Source of the DNA: the human T2T-CHM13v2.0 reference genome, Homo sapiens
Length of the DNA: 64,000 nucleotides
Strand: one strand, 5' to 3'
NCBI RefSeq assembly: GCF_009914755.1
Contig: NC_060943.1
Part shown: piece after piece, positions 1 to 39,049 of the stretch
Position numbering within the stretch: the first letter of the stretch is position 1
Layout: each line of letters begins with the position of its first letter
Translations under genes and position numbers: made by a program
Notes under the pieces: generated by a model
What the model was told of the DNA's origin: nothing
The model's database searches: none
The model's input: only the letters and a program-made list of their open reading frames with translations

Positions 1-1292
<1,292 letters not shown>

Positions 1293-1598
1293 TTTGGTGA
1301 CCTTGAAGGAACAAAGACAGTGAGCAAGCGGCAGTGACTGGTGCAGCACTGCCGATCTGCCGATGGTGATCGCCAGTGAGACAGTGAGACAGTGGGGATC
1401 ACTGAAGAATTAGTAAGACAGCAGAGACAGTGGCAATTGGTGATTGGCAGAGAGGTGAAACAGCAAGGGATGGCAAGACAGCAAGACGGCAACTGGTAAG
1501 GTGGCAAGAGGCGCCCGTCGGTGATAGGTCAGTGAGACAGAGAGGTGGTGATCAGAGAGTGGTGGAGTGGTGGCAAAGAAAGAAAGACAGAGAGGTGG

Positions 1599-2564
<966 letters not shown>

Positions 2565-3031
2565 GATGGTGATCAGCGGTCAGCAGGATGATGATTGGTG
2601 AGACGGAGAGGCAGCAGTTGACGAGAGACAGCAAGACAGCCATCAGCACTACGGTAATCAAAGCTGCAGAGCTGTAACACTAACCAAGGACTCTTTGAAG
2701 AACCATCATCTTCCCTAGCAGGCAATGGAGCTGAGCAGATGAACATTCGGCTGTAGTGCCATGTGATGTGGGACCAGCCACTCTGACCAGCAGGCCAATA
2801 GGCTACTGGTCCCCTGTGACAGCTGAGCTGGCCCAAGCTGGGAAACCTGGGCACCTGGCCTTGGTGGAGAAGACCTTCACCCAGGCCCTAAGTTGGAGAC
2901 CAGTCAGTGCCATTTTGGCTCCTGGGGACAGGTGAGTGTCCCCTCTGCCCCCGCCTCCACAGTATTGTGTGAGCCAGGAAATAAGACTTTTGGCTAGATA
3001 GTCAATTCAAAGTCCCCTGTAGCACATCTGA

Positions 3032-12581
<9,550 letters not shown>

Positions 12582-12668
12582 GTATTTCTCATTTTTAAAT
12601 TGATATATAACACATTTACAACACAGTACACAAGTCTTAAATATATAGTTCAAGAGATTTTGACATAT

Positions 12669-13257
<589 letters not shown>

Positions 13258-13599
13258 TCAGTTTACACCCACTCCTTCCAGAAAGCCCCCAATTTGAGTC
13301 CCATCAAAGGTTAGTTCTTCTGCCTATTCTTGAAATTCATGTAAACTCAAAATCTTACAGAATGTATTCATTCTGTTTGGGTTTCTTAACTCTTGTGAGA
13401 TTCATCCAAATTGTTGTTTGTATCAGTACTTTGCTTTTTCATTACTGTATAGAATTCCACCCTCTGAATATGCCATGATATTTGTTTTCATTCACCTGCT
13501 GGTGGCCACATGGGTTGTTCCAATTTGGGTTGGGATAGTCTAACTAAAGTTACTATAAATCTTTCTATTTTGCCCTTGATGTTATTAGACCCTCTTTGG

Positions 13600-13830
13600 T
13601 TAACTGGGTGGAGTGTGGAGGAAAACTGCCTGGATTCGAATCTCAGCTCCACCATTTACCAGCTGTGTGACCTTGGGCTAGTTTCTTAATCTCGCAGTGC
13701 CTCTATTTTCCCCTATCTGTAAACTGGAGGTCACATGATCTACTGCAGGGTAGGAAAGTTAAATGAAGGAGTTTTATAAAGCTGTTGGAAATGTGCCTAT
13801 CATAGGTATGAAATAAACAACTATCGTTCA
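13600..13830 (+). mobile_element. MIR
   Basis: ctggattcgaatctcagctccaccatttaccagctgtgtgaccttgggc core. Confidence 0.8.
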
Positions 13831-14049
13831 TCTCCAACTCCCAAAAACAAAGGAAATTCCCATGAATGAGAGCATCCGCAGACCAAAAGAGCAGATCCTG
13901 GAGGTCAGAGGGCATGGTGGTTCCAGGAACTAGGCGGTACTGCCTGCCCACCCCTGCCCTACGTAGGGAGGCATAACAAAGTCGCTTTCCATTAGAATGA
14001 ATTGAATTTTATTAAAAGCATCCCATCGCTCAACCATGTCATGAGTGGA

Positions 14050-14285
14050 GGAGTCCTTCTCCCTGTCAACCCCAGACCATCCCCCAAAACCTCCCTGAAA
14101 TTCCTGCAAGGTCAGGCCGATCTCAGGCTCTGACTCCTTTCACTAGCCTTTCTGGTGATGTGATCTTACCCAGCTTCCTGTTTGTCTTCCTGAGAGACAG
14201 TAGATTTAGAAAGTGAGGATCAGAGGGTGGAAAATAAAAGCTGTGGTCCCCAGGAGTCCTGAACATCTGGGGACAGCGGGAAAAC
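14050..14285 (+). promoter_or_regulatory. CLEC4M: CLEC4M proximal promoter and 5'UTR with an AT-rich TATA-like element (aaaataaaag, ~14231)
   Basis: Unique sequence directly upstream of the ATG; the TSS cannot be determined from sequence. Confidence 0.5.
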
Positions 14286-20007
<5,722 letters not shown>

Positions 20008-20487
20008 TTGTTTCCCTGCTAGCCTCAGCCTCCATTGTGGTATAGCAGAACTTCACCCACTTGTAAGCCAGCGCTTCTTCTCTCCATCCTTGGACCTTCA
20101 CAAATGCCCTGAGACGGTTCTCTGTTCGATTTTTCATCCCCTATGAACCTGGGTCTTATTCTGTCCTTCTGATGCCTCCAAGTTTCCCTGGTGTAGAGCT
20201 TGTGTTCTTGGCCCATCCTTGGAGCTTTATAAGTGACCTGAGTGGGATGCATTTAGGGGGCGGGCTTGGTATGTTGTATGAATCCACTCTCTGTTCCTTT
20301 TGGAGATTAGACTATTTGGATTCATGTGTAGCTGCCCTGTCCCCTGGGGCTTTATCTCATCCATGCAAACTACCATCTGCTCAACTTCCAGCTACACCCC
20401 GTGCACCCTTTTGACTGGGGACTTGCTGGTTGAAGGAGCTCATCTTGCAGGCTGGAAGCACCAGGGAATTAATTCCCCCAGTCAACC

Positions 20488-20612
20488 AATGGCATCCAGA
20501 GAGGGCATGGAGGCTCCATACAACCTCTTCCACCCCCACATCTTTCTTTGTCCTATACATGTCTTCCATTTGGCTGTTTCTGAGTTGTAGCCTTTATAAT
20601 AAAGTGGTAAAT
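20488..20612 (+). mobile_element. MER21-family LTR fragment forming the distal CLEC4M 3'UTR
   Basis: ccagagagggcatggaggctcc..tcttccatttggctgtttctgagttgtagcctttataataaa matches the MER21 R region as recalled. Confidence 0.65.
20598..20603 (+). terminator. CLEC4M: CLEC4M polyadenylation signal AATAAA (second AATAAA at 20655-20660)
   Basis: First AATAAA after the stop codon, ~590 nt downstream. Confidence 0.75.
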
Positions 20613-20614
20613 GT

Positions 20615-21043
20615 TGTAACTGCAGATCCAGCCTCATCTGATTCAACTTTGTGTAATAAAATGGCGAGTTGCTTTTCCGTTGCCATAGGCCCCCAGGTTG
20701 CAAGTTATGTGCACTGGTCATGCCCAGATGAACCAAGCAGGCAACCATGGGCGGAACCTATGTGCTTAGACTAAGGAAGGGGGACTGAGTTAAGAAGTGA
20801 ACACCACATGGCATGATCCATGATCCAATCAGATTGAGTCCTGGCATCACTCCATGGCATGATCCAATTAGGCCAAGCCTCCCACATCACCTCATTGCAT
20901 GATCCAATCAGGTTACACCTCACTACCCTCTGTGTATAAAATCTTCCTCAGCCTCCAGCTCAGAGAGACAGATTTGAACCAGATTCCTGTCTCCTTGCTT
21001 GGCTGTCTTGCATAAACTTTTCTCTCTATAAAAACCCAGTGTT
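20615..21043 (+). mobile_element. LTR47-like solo LTR
   Basis: TG start; repeated catggcatgatccaatcag motifs; tataaa box. Confidence 0.6.
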
Positions 21044-21842
<799 letters not shown>

Positions 21843-21848
21843 TGATAT

Positions 21849-22370
21849 CAGTGGTCCCCACCTTATTTGGCACCGGGGACCAGTTTCATGGAAGACAATT
21901 TTTCCACGGACCAGGGGAAGGGGATCATTTCAGGATGATTCAAGCACATTACATTTATTGTACACTTTATTTCTATTATTATTGCACTGTAGTATATAAT
22001 GAAATAATTATACAGCTCACCATCATGTAGAATCAGTGGGAGCCCTGAGCTTGTTTTCTTGCAAATAGATGGTCCCATCTGGGGGTGATGAGAGACAGCG
22101 ATGGATCACCAGGCATTAGATTCTCATAAAGAGTGTGCAACCTAGATCCCTCGTGTGTACAGTGTACAATAGGGTTCCCACTCCCATGAGAATCTAATGC
22201 CACCGCTAATGCAACAGGAGGCAGCGCTCAGGCAGTAATGCAAGCAATGGGGAGTGGCTGTAAATACAGATGAAGCCTCACTCGCTCGCCCTCTGTTCAC
22301 CTCCTGCTGTGCAGCCTGGTTCCTAAGATGCCACGGACTAGTACTGGTGGCCCAGGGGACAGGGACCCCC
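21849..22370. mobile_element. MER1A hAT-Charlie DNA transposon
   Basis: Terminal cagtggtcccca.. and ..agggacccc; gattcaagcacattacatttattg core. Confidence 0.85.
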
Positions 22371-22855
22371 ATTCTACATCATCTCCCAGAGGCTCCTGGA
22401 GAAACTGAGCCCCAGTTGCCCACATGGGTCATAAGCTCGTCCATGCCTGTAAATTGGCTTCCTTCCTTTTCCTACCTGCCCCTCTTCACTTTCCCCCTTG
22501 TCTTCTGGTACTTCTTGGAACCTCCTCCCAGATAAACCACTTGTATCAAAATCCTTGTCACAGGCTTTGTCCCTGGTGAAACTCAAGCCAAACTTATAGT
22601 ATGTTTTGACACCTGTCAGTCATGGTTCTTCTCCATCAAAATGTTCTCAGAGATTCTTGTGCAATTTCTTTTTTTAGATGATTTTTACATGACTCTAGCT
22701 TTGAAGGTCTTACTTTACTTTTTGAATAAGTCATGTGTGCACCTGGAACCAAAACCCATCAATCTCTACAGTGATAATGAAAGCTGGCTCCCGGCCGGGC
22801 GTGGTGGCTCACGCCTGTAATCCCAGCACCTTGGGTGGCCGAGGTGGGTAAATCA

Positions 22856-23140
<285 letters not shown>

Positions 23141-23924
23141 TTACTCTTCCTAGCTGCAACCTCTTTATCATATTCCAGATAATCCACTTGTCAAATTTGT
23201 TTAAAATCTGTTTGGCAATCCTTCAAAAGACTGTTGAAAATCTATTTGTGAATAGGTGGAGCACAGAGGATTCTTAGGGCAGGGAAACTACCGTATGATA
23301 CTGCAACATCACTACACATTTGTTCAAATCACAGAATGTACAACACCAAGAGTAAGCCCTGATGTAAATTGTGGACTCTGGGTGACAATGATTTGTCAGT
23401 GCAGGCTCATCCATTGTAACAAATGCACCACTCACTCTGTCAAAGGATGTTGCATAAAGGTTGTTAATAGTGGTACAAGCAAGTTGCTCAGATATTACCT
23501 TGTGTTGGTGCTCTCCAAGGCTCAGCCCTACCCAACAAAATCTTATGCGTTGATATTTAATTTTAGGGGGCAATTGGCAGAAATGTCTATCAAGGCGAAT
23601 GTGAATGTTTTGGGGAAAACGTCAAAGGTAAGCAAATCACCGTGGCCTGCTGCAAATGTTTAACAACCAGCTCTCAGGAGGGAAAGTATCAGTACTTTCA
23701 GAAAACTTAAAGTACTTTTCAGAAAACTTAAAGGCCAGGAGAGAATGGGATGATATATTCAGAGTGCTGAAAGAAAGAAAGTGTCAGGCGAATGATACTG
23801 CTGTAATCCTTTGCAGTGAGTCACTAAGTCCAGCCCCACTCAAAGGGGTATAAGAATGTGTGAACATACGTTAAAACCGCCATGCTAATTAGTAAGTATT
23901 TGAGGGGGAGGTGATACTTTGAGG

Positions 23925-25210
<1,286 letters not shown>

Positions 25211-25221
25211 TGGGGAGACTG

Positions 25222-28801
<3,580 letters not shown>

Positions 28802-28809
28802 TAGTCTAG

Positions 28810-28930
28810 GATTTTTAGGATGGAGGAAACCCATTCAATGATTAGGAGAGACAAGAGGTGGAAATAAAGGTTGTATTACTTAGGGGTCCTGGGTAGGGAG
28901 GGCATGGCACTTCCAGAGGCCACAAACACA

Positions 28931-28985
<55 letters not shown>

Positions 28986-29421
28986 CAGGGAGAGCTTTTG
29001 CAGGGAGACAGAGGGGAAGCAACCAGTGTGACAATGCCGTGATTAGGTCCAGGGTGTTATCCACACAGGTTTCCCTCAGGGAGTTTTAATTGGTGGGTTT
29101 CATGGAAGCAGGCGTGAGTCTCAGGAGGTCAGGCTGTGACTGAGAGGTGGTCACTGCACCATATCTGCAGTCCGTGTAAGATGTGGATGGGTGGTGTGGG
29201 GGCCTGCAGAGCCAATCAATAGGCTGTGTCCAGCTGCCCCATAGGCAGGTGGTCATCGGGGGGAAGTTGGATAAAGCAGATCTGGATCAACCACATTGAG
29301 GAACTAGGAGCAGGTGGGGAACTGGAAACTGTGTCAAGGCTGACTGAGCCCTGTTTTTGGAAGGAGAGTCAAACATATTCAGAAAGGGGCTGACGCAACA
29401 CAAATTAGAGGAATTCACTAC
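28810..29421 (-). mobile_element. MER54-like ERVL LTR containing a (CA)n microsatellite (28940-28982)
   Basis: Ends ..gaactggaaactgtgtcaaggctgactgagccctg..gaattcactaca. Confidence 0.65.
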
Positions 29422-29724
29422 AGCATTCGATTTATAAATTCATTTTGGAAGAAATAGCCTTTCTGAAATACTGAGTGTTTTGGGGGGAAACTCATCCTGT
29501 GTCTTTCTTTATTCAGATCTTAGTTAAGCATGGGAGATTTACCCATATTCTTCTTACGACTATTCTTTAATGTTTAAAAGCTTTTCTTGCCCTGTGAACA
29601 GGGTTTGTTTTCTCCTGCGTTTGCAAATACTCGTTACTTCAACCAAACAAAGCTGCTCCTTTTATAGAGAAATCTTGCTGTGAGCTCTAATTACTCCTGA
29701 AGTTAAGCCTCTAGAACTTCCTAG

Positions 29725-30343
<619 letters not shown>

Positions 30344-30752
30344 TGAACTCCTGGGCTCAAGCAGTCCTCCCACCTTGACCTTCCAAAGTGCTGGGATTCA
30401 CAGACGTGAGCCACTGTGCCTGGGCTTCTTTTTATTTTCTTACTGCATTGGGAAAACAGCAAGAGGGCCATCTTTATTTTGTTCTTGACTTTACCAAATG
30501 CAGTTCTCATATTTAATTATTAAGGAGTTTCTGTAGGATTGTGGAAATTGCCCCTTATCCCACCAGTATCAGGCAGCTAGGGGCTGTTGTAAGCAACTAC
30601 CATGAACTGGGAGGCTCCAAACAATGCTAATTTATTATCTCACAGTCCCGGAGGCCAGAAGTCTGTAATCAAGGTGTCAGCAGGGCCATGTTCCATCTGA
30701 ATCATGTAGGGGAGAATCCTTCCCTGCCTCTCCCTAGATTCTGGTGATTGCC

Positions 30753-32944
30753 TGTTGGGAGCCGAAAAGGCCAAAGGGATCGTGACCAACTCAGCATTCC
30801 ACTGGAAGCTGTATGATCAAACAGCAAAGTGTTTATCATGAACGCAGGATGTGGGCAAACTCACGACTGCGCCTACCGCCAGAAGGTTTGCTGAGGGCAA
30901 TCACTCCCTGGCACCACGCTCACTGGGGTTATCTACTGGGACATCTAGAGCCTATTGCTCGAAGAATGCAGCCTTGCAAGCCTGCTGTAAATCAAGCCGC
31001 TGACTGACAACCACCCCCCGCCCCCATCTCCTTTACCCAATAAAATGCAAAGGGGTCTAAAGCTCAAGGTACTTGTTCACTAGAAAGAAGCAAGGAGCCC
31101 CCCGACCCCTTCTTCCAAATATACTCTTTTGTCTTTATCTTTATTCCCACATTCATCATCCTTTGTTCAGTCCAACAGGGATGGAATCCGTGGCAAAGTG
31201 GCGACCCAGAACAGGGACTTGAGGACGTTGCAAAGTGGCTTCTGAACACAGAGACCGGAGGACGTGAACGAAGAAGGTCGGCTGGAGCAGAGGAACCGAA
31301 AACGACAAGATGAATGGGGACCCCGAGACAAGCCTGCCAGCAGCGGATATAAGGTCAGTGCCCTAAAGAAGTACTGGGAACGGGAAGTTTTCTGAATCAG
31401 GGTAACATGCGGCAGAATTTGTCTGTTGAAGAAAAACATGTGCACTTGCTTCAAGTTCTGTTGAGACAGTCTGGAGCTCAGGTTAATTCGCAGATACTAA
31501 CCAACCTCCTGCAGAAGCCACAAATGGTTATTAACGCATAACCCATGGTCTCCACAGGCAGGCACTCTTGATGTGGAAAACTGGAACAGAGCGGGAGAAG
31601 GATTGAAACATGCTCATCAAAAAGGTCTTAAAGTTGATTCTTCTGCTTTCTGTACTTGCAGTCTAATTCGTACTGTACTTATGCCGTTATCTCCTTATTA
31701 TTCTGCGGGACAGCAGGCTGAGTCTAAAAATCTGAAAGAATCTGTTGTCCCACCCACAGCTTCAATTGAAAATAAAAAACAGGAGAGGGAGGATAAAAAT
31801 TGGCCTATACTGCCTCCTCCAGTTGCAGAAACATCTGTGCCGCCTCCTTCGGTAGCAGGAATAGAGACCCCAATACAAAGAATTTTACGCTCTGCTGCCA
31901 TAGCTGGAGAGCCCTCAGAACCTTGTGCTTTTCCTATTTCCGTAAGGCCCGATTCAAATAATCCACAGCAGTTTATTCATGAACACACCCCACTAGAGTT
32001 TAAGTTGTTGAATGAATTAAAAACCAGTGTAGTTAATATCGGGGTACAGAGCCCATTCACTTTAGGATTGCCAGAATCTGCATTTGGTGCTATGCGCCTT
32101 CTACCCTTTGATGTAAAACACTGGGCTCGAACTTGCTTGCCTGCTAGTGCATATCTGACATGGAATTTAAATGGGCAAGAAATGTGTACAGACCAGGTTA
32201 GACAGAATCGTGCTGCTGGACACGGAGACATCGCAGAGGATATGCTATTGGGTAATGGCCCTTATTCAGACCTGGAACATCAAATGGAACTAAACGCGCC
32301 TGGGCCACAATTCCTGAAGAGGGAGTCCCAGTACAATCCTTTTTACCTTTCATGGAAGGGTCACAGGAGCCCTCTGCACAATTTCTTGCAAGATTACGAG
32401 AGGCAGTGAAGTGTCAGATTCCTCATGCCACTGCCGCAGAGGCGCTAACCTTAACTTTAGCTTCTGAGAATGCAGACGCAGATTGTAAACGTGCACTGGC
32501 ACCCGTGAGGTGTACTAAAAACTTGGGAAATTTTCTCAGAGCTTGTCAGGATGTAGGAATTGAGCTTCATCGCTCTGCAATGTTAGCGGAAGCAATGGCT
32601 GATTTAGTAGTTGACAAATCTAAAAGGAGCCAAGGATTAAGCCCTCAAGTGGGAAAATGTTATAATTGTGGAAAAACTGGACATTTTGAAAAAGAATGCC
32701 GCCAGATCTCAGGACAGAGAGGACCTTATAATGCAGTAACCCCCCCCTCAGTGGAAAAAACGCCAGGACTTTTATTTACTTTTATTTACCCAATAAAATG
32801 TGAAGGGCTTTAAAGCTCAGGGCCCTTGTTCAGTAGAAGCAAGAAGCCCCCGACCCCTTTTTCCAAATATACTTTTTTGTCTTTATCTTTATTCCTGCAT
32901 TTATCATCCTCTGTTCACTACAACCGGGATCAAGGTCAGTGACA
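30753..32944 (+). mobile_element. HERV-K(HML6)/LTR3 internally deleted provirus: 5'LTR 30753-31195, PBS 31199-31218, gag, partial 3'LTR ~32786-32944
   Basis: tgttgggagccgaaaaggccaaagggatcg LTR start; PBS close to TGGCGCCCGAACAGGGAC (tRNA-Lys3); 6-bp TSD attgcc/gttgcc. Confidence 0.88.
31407..32770 (+). pseudogene. gag: HML6 gag remnant (MA, CA, first NC zinc knuckle)
   Basis: ORFs 31573..32409 and 32352..32813; PPPV..PPPS late-domain-like region; MHR-like GSQEPSAQFLARL; CYNCGKTGHFEKEC; G2R at the myristoylation site. Confidence 0.88.
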
Positions 32945-33858
32945 GTTGCCGACAACTTTTGGCATTCCTTGGCTTGCAGACCCTTTGCTCGACTCTCTGC
33001 CTCTTTTGTCACGTGGTTTTCTTCCCTCTTGCCGTTTTACATAATCTTCTCTCTGTACCTTTCTCCTCCTCATATAAGGACATAGTGATACTGGATTAGG
33101 GACCACTCTCATGACCTCACCATAATGTAGTTACATCAGCAAAGACCCTATTTCTCGGCTGGGCACAGTGGCTCACGTCTGTAATCCCAGCACTTTGGGA
33201 GGCTGAGGCAGGTGGATCACCTGAGGTCAGGAGTTCGAGACCAGCCTGACCAACATGGAGAAACCCCGTCTCTACTAAAAATACAAAATTAGCTGGGCGT
33301 GGTGACACACACCTGTAATCCCAGCTACTCAAGAGGCTGAGGCAGCAGAATCACTTGAACCCGGGAGGCAGAGGTTGCAACGAGCCGAGGTCTTACCACT
33401 GCACTCCAGCCTGGGCAACAGAGTGAAACTCCATCTCAAAAAAAAAAAAAAAAAAAGACCGTGTTTCCCAATTTTAAAAGTCACATTCACAGATACCAGA
33501 GGTTAGGCATTCAGCATGTCTTTTTGGGAGCTATAAATCAACCCACTAAACCACGGACATCTTTATTTGTTCTTCATTTTACCTAAAATGTTTCTCATAT
33601 TTTAGTGTTATGTAAGATATTTCTGTAGGATCCCAGAAATTACCACTTCTCAAATTAAGAAAGCTTTATTCTGTTCTCTCTTTATTAAGCATTTAGTTTT
33701 TGTGCCTGTCTTCATTTTTAAATGAATAATGGGTATTGAATAGATATATCTCATAAATGTAATGTAGAGAGGACAAAAACAAGTTACGGAAGGATATAGA
33801 CCATGTGGTAACACTCCTGTAAAGTTTTCAGATGTGCAAAACAAACCAGCATAGGTCA

Positions 33859-34276
<418 letters not shown>

Positions 34277-35677
34277 TTATGATTTGTTACGTAATGATGC
34301 TTTACTTTTAAGGTGATCTGAAATACATGAAGATGTCAAAACTTGAAAAAGCCGAGTGAAAGGCATAGCGTTTATATTTGTTTCTACAAACCTCTTTGCA
34401 TGCTTCGTAATAAAAAAGCAAAGCCAAAATTCAGAGCGACAACCAATGTGCCACATGCCCTTTGCAGTGGGCTGGCTTCCCTGGTTACAGCAACCCTCTC
34501 ATCTCTGCAGAGAATGGAAACCAGAGTGGTCATGGCCTTGGAGCTGAATCTTGTGACTTTCACCTTCTTCCCACATTTGTCCAAACCTCTTGTCCCTGCT
34601 CTTCAGGTCCTTGTGTGATGTGACCCAGCTGACACCCTAGCCCCAGATGACTGCCCCTGAATTAGTCTCAGCTTCTCCAACCTGTTCCCTTATCCTCTAT
34701 TCTTGCATGTGCTGATACCGTATTGAGAACGTTCTTTAATGTTATTTATCTCCTCTGGAATAATTCTGACTCCCTCCTCAAGCATCACCTCCTCCAGGAA
34801 GCCCTCTCGGATCCTCCAGGCTCAGCCAGTGTCTCCAGTGGTCCTCACAGTCTCCTGTACTTCCCAAGCTCATCATATTGTCTTCAAATTCCGTGGTTAC
34901 ATGTTCCCCACTCGCCTGAGAAACAGGCCTCCCTTCCTTGTCCTGGGCCAGGGATAGATGTGGAGGTCTGCTGCCTCCTTCTAGGACCTCTCTTCCGCTC
35001 TCAGTTACCCCGCAGCGAGGTCTGGGCACAGGACATTGATGGGCAGCCTTCTGGCTTCCTCACTAAGCTGGACAGCTCCGCCCTGGCTCGCCAAGGCAGC
35101 TTCAGCCACAGGTGTATCCAGCAGAGCCTCTATCTCCTCCATAAGGTCTGATGAAACACTGCCATCTAAATCCTTTCCCCAGAACACATTCCTATGGTTG
35201 CCCTGGACAGAGATTGTGCAATCCTTGCAGTTTTTCTGATTTCCTCCCTTTGAGCACCTGTCCCTAAAAGCCTCAGAATGAAGAGGGCGTGCCCTCCAAA
35301 AAGTTCCTGCCCTACGGTTAAGCCTGCTGCTAAGTCAGCTTTCAGCGCTCCGTTTCTGATGATGAAAGCAAGATGAGTCAGATGGTTTGGGAACAAGGGA
35401 ACTTCTAGAAAGAAGAGTCTAGGAAGCTAAGTTTTGTTAACCCTTCAGCGTCTCCTAAGCACTGCTAACTTTTAATGTTTAACCCTTCCTCCTCCCTCTG
35501 TACCATAGACATCCATTCTGATGTGTTTGATACATGCCCTTACATTAGTTTTTTAAGGAAAATATGCTTACATTTGCCTTTCTTATTGCTATAAATTTAT
35601 GGGGTACAGGTGTAATTTTGTTGCATGCATAGATTTCATAGTAGTGAAGTCATATCCTTAATGTTTATACATACTTG

Positions 35678-35679
<2 letters not shown>

Positions 35680-35717
<38 letters not shown>
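35680..35717. repeat. (TG)n microsatellite
   Basis: Read directly. Confidence 0.95.
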
Positions 35718-35721
<4 letters not shown>

Positions 35722-36269
35722 GAATCAAATCATTTCTGCTTCTCCCAGCTCTAGGCTACTAAGAATCTGGACTGCTGCTGCCTGTACAACTAGTTGATTA
35801 CGATTTGTTTCATGTGTGTACTCACTACACTTTACTTACTCTTTGCCTGCTCAGGGTCTTGTAGGTTACCCCCAACTCTGCTACTGTAAACAACACTGTG
35901 TTGAACATCCTTGTAAATGCCCTTGGAGAAACCTTCTCTAAAAAGTATCTCTTTTTAAAATATCAGAGGGTATATGCCACCTGTATTTCACTACATACTT
36001 CCAGACTGTTTTCCAAATTACTGAACTAATTTATACTTCCACCAGCAGTGAGCAACAGTTCCCACTTCCTCACATCTTCACCAACACTTAATACTATGCA
36101 TCTTCTTAATGGTTGCATTTTAATTGGTATAAGGTTGTACCTCGTTATTTTTTCTACAATTAAGTAGACATTAAACTTTCCTGAAATATGTGCTCAATCT
36201 TTGGCTTCTTCTATGAATTGCCTTTTCATTCCCCTGGCCCATTTTTCTATTGATTTTTGTGTGTGGGTG

Positions 36270-38053
<1,784 letters not shown>

Positions 38054-38389
38054 TCAGCAGACCACCTCCTCAACAAAACCTCTGTTTGCTCTCTTCTGGC
38101 ACAGAGGGAGTGAATCAAGGTCAGGTTCAGACCCAGCCTCTGAGGAGGGACCTGAACTGGCCTGGGGAGCTACGCCTTGGGGGCTTTCTCAGGAGCCAGC
38201 AGGGGTTACAATTGGGTCGGGTCCAGTGTGTCCCTCTCAGGCGGAAACCCAGCCCCAGGCCCATAAGAGAGGGGTCCAAGCTCCAAAGAGAAGCCTCCAG
38301 CACCAGCCTGGGGATGGAGCTGCAGCGACGAGGACCGGGAAGCTGGAACTACCTCACCCCGAGCCCAGCTCAGCCCAGCCCAGCCCAGA

Positions 38390-38553
38390 AAGGGCCCAAC
38401 CCTGTGATTGGTCCAACCCTGTGATTTGTCCTTGGGTCCCTGTTGCCAGGAATCCAGGCCAAGAAAATGAGAAGGAAGGAAGGGAGTGCGTAGGTCCAGT
38501 GAGGACGAGGGTGAAATTTATATCTCTGCCCAGGTCTCGGTGCCTGCACCGCC
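38390..38553 (+). promoter_or_regulatory. CLEC4GP1: CLEC4GP1 core promoter: TATA-like tttata (~38517) and a duplicated 17-mer with an inverted CCAAT box (38396-38429)
   Basis: Motifs read directly, upstream of exon 1. Confidence 0.5.
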
Positions 38554-39049
38554 ATAGACACCACCAGGTACAGCAACTGGGGCGGGAGCTACGAGGAGGT
38601 CCCCGGAGGTATGAGCAAGGAGACTGCCCCATCCCTGCCCCGGTGTCTGGGGTTTGATGGGGGAGGGGAGGGAAGAGCCAAGACGGGCCAGAGTCGTGGG
38701 TGCAAAAAAAACAACACAGAGCCAGTTGGACCAGGGGCCAATTCCAACTCTGCCACTTAGAAGCTGTGTGACCATAGGCAAGTTACTTAACCTCTCTGAA
38801 ACTCAGTTTCCTGAGAGGAACCCAGGCCTCTAGGGCTCAGTCCTGGGGGACCCAGCATGCCGTCCTTGTTCTGCCAGGGCACTGGGGACGCTGGGTGCAC
38901 TGGAGCCCGAGACCCCTCTTCCTGGCCATGGCTGTCCTGGTCGCCAGTACTGTGGGCTGTGATTCTGAGTATCCTATTGTCCAAGGGTGAGTGACCCTCA
39001 ATGGGGAGGGGTTGCGTCTGGCCCCCCTGGGGACACAAAACCCCCACTG

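Larger units (their letters stand above)
30567..33552 (-). mobile_element. MLT1 (MaLR) LTR split by the HML6 provirus and an Alu (33157-33456)
   Basis: MLT1 sequence breaks at 30752 and resumes at 32945. Confidence 0.75.
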
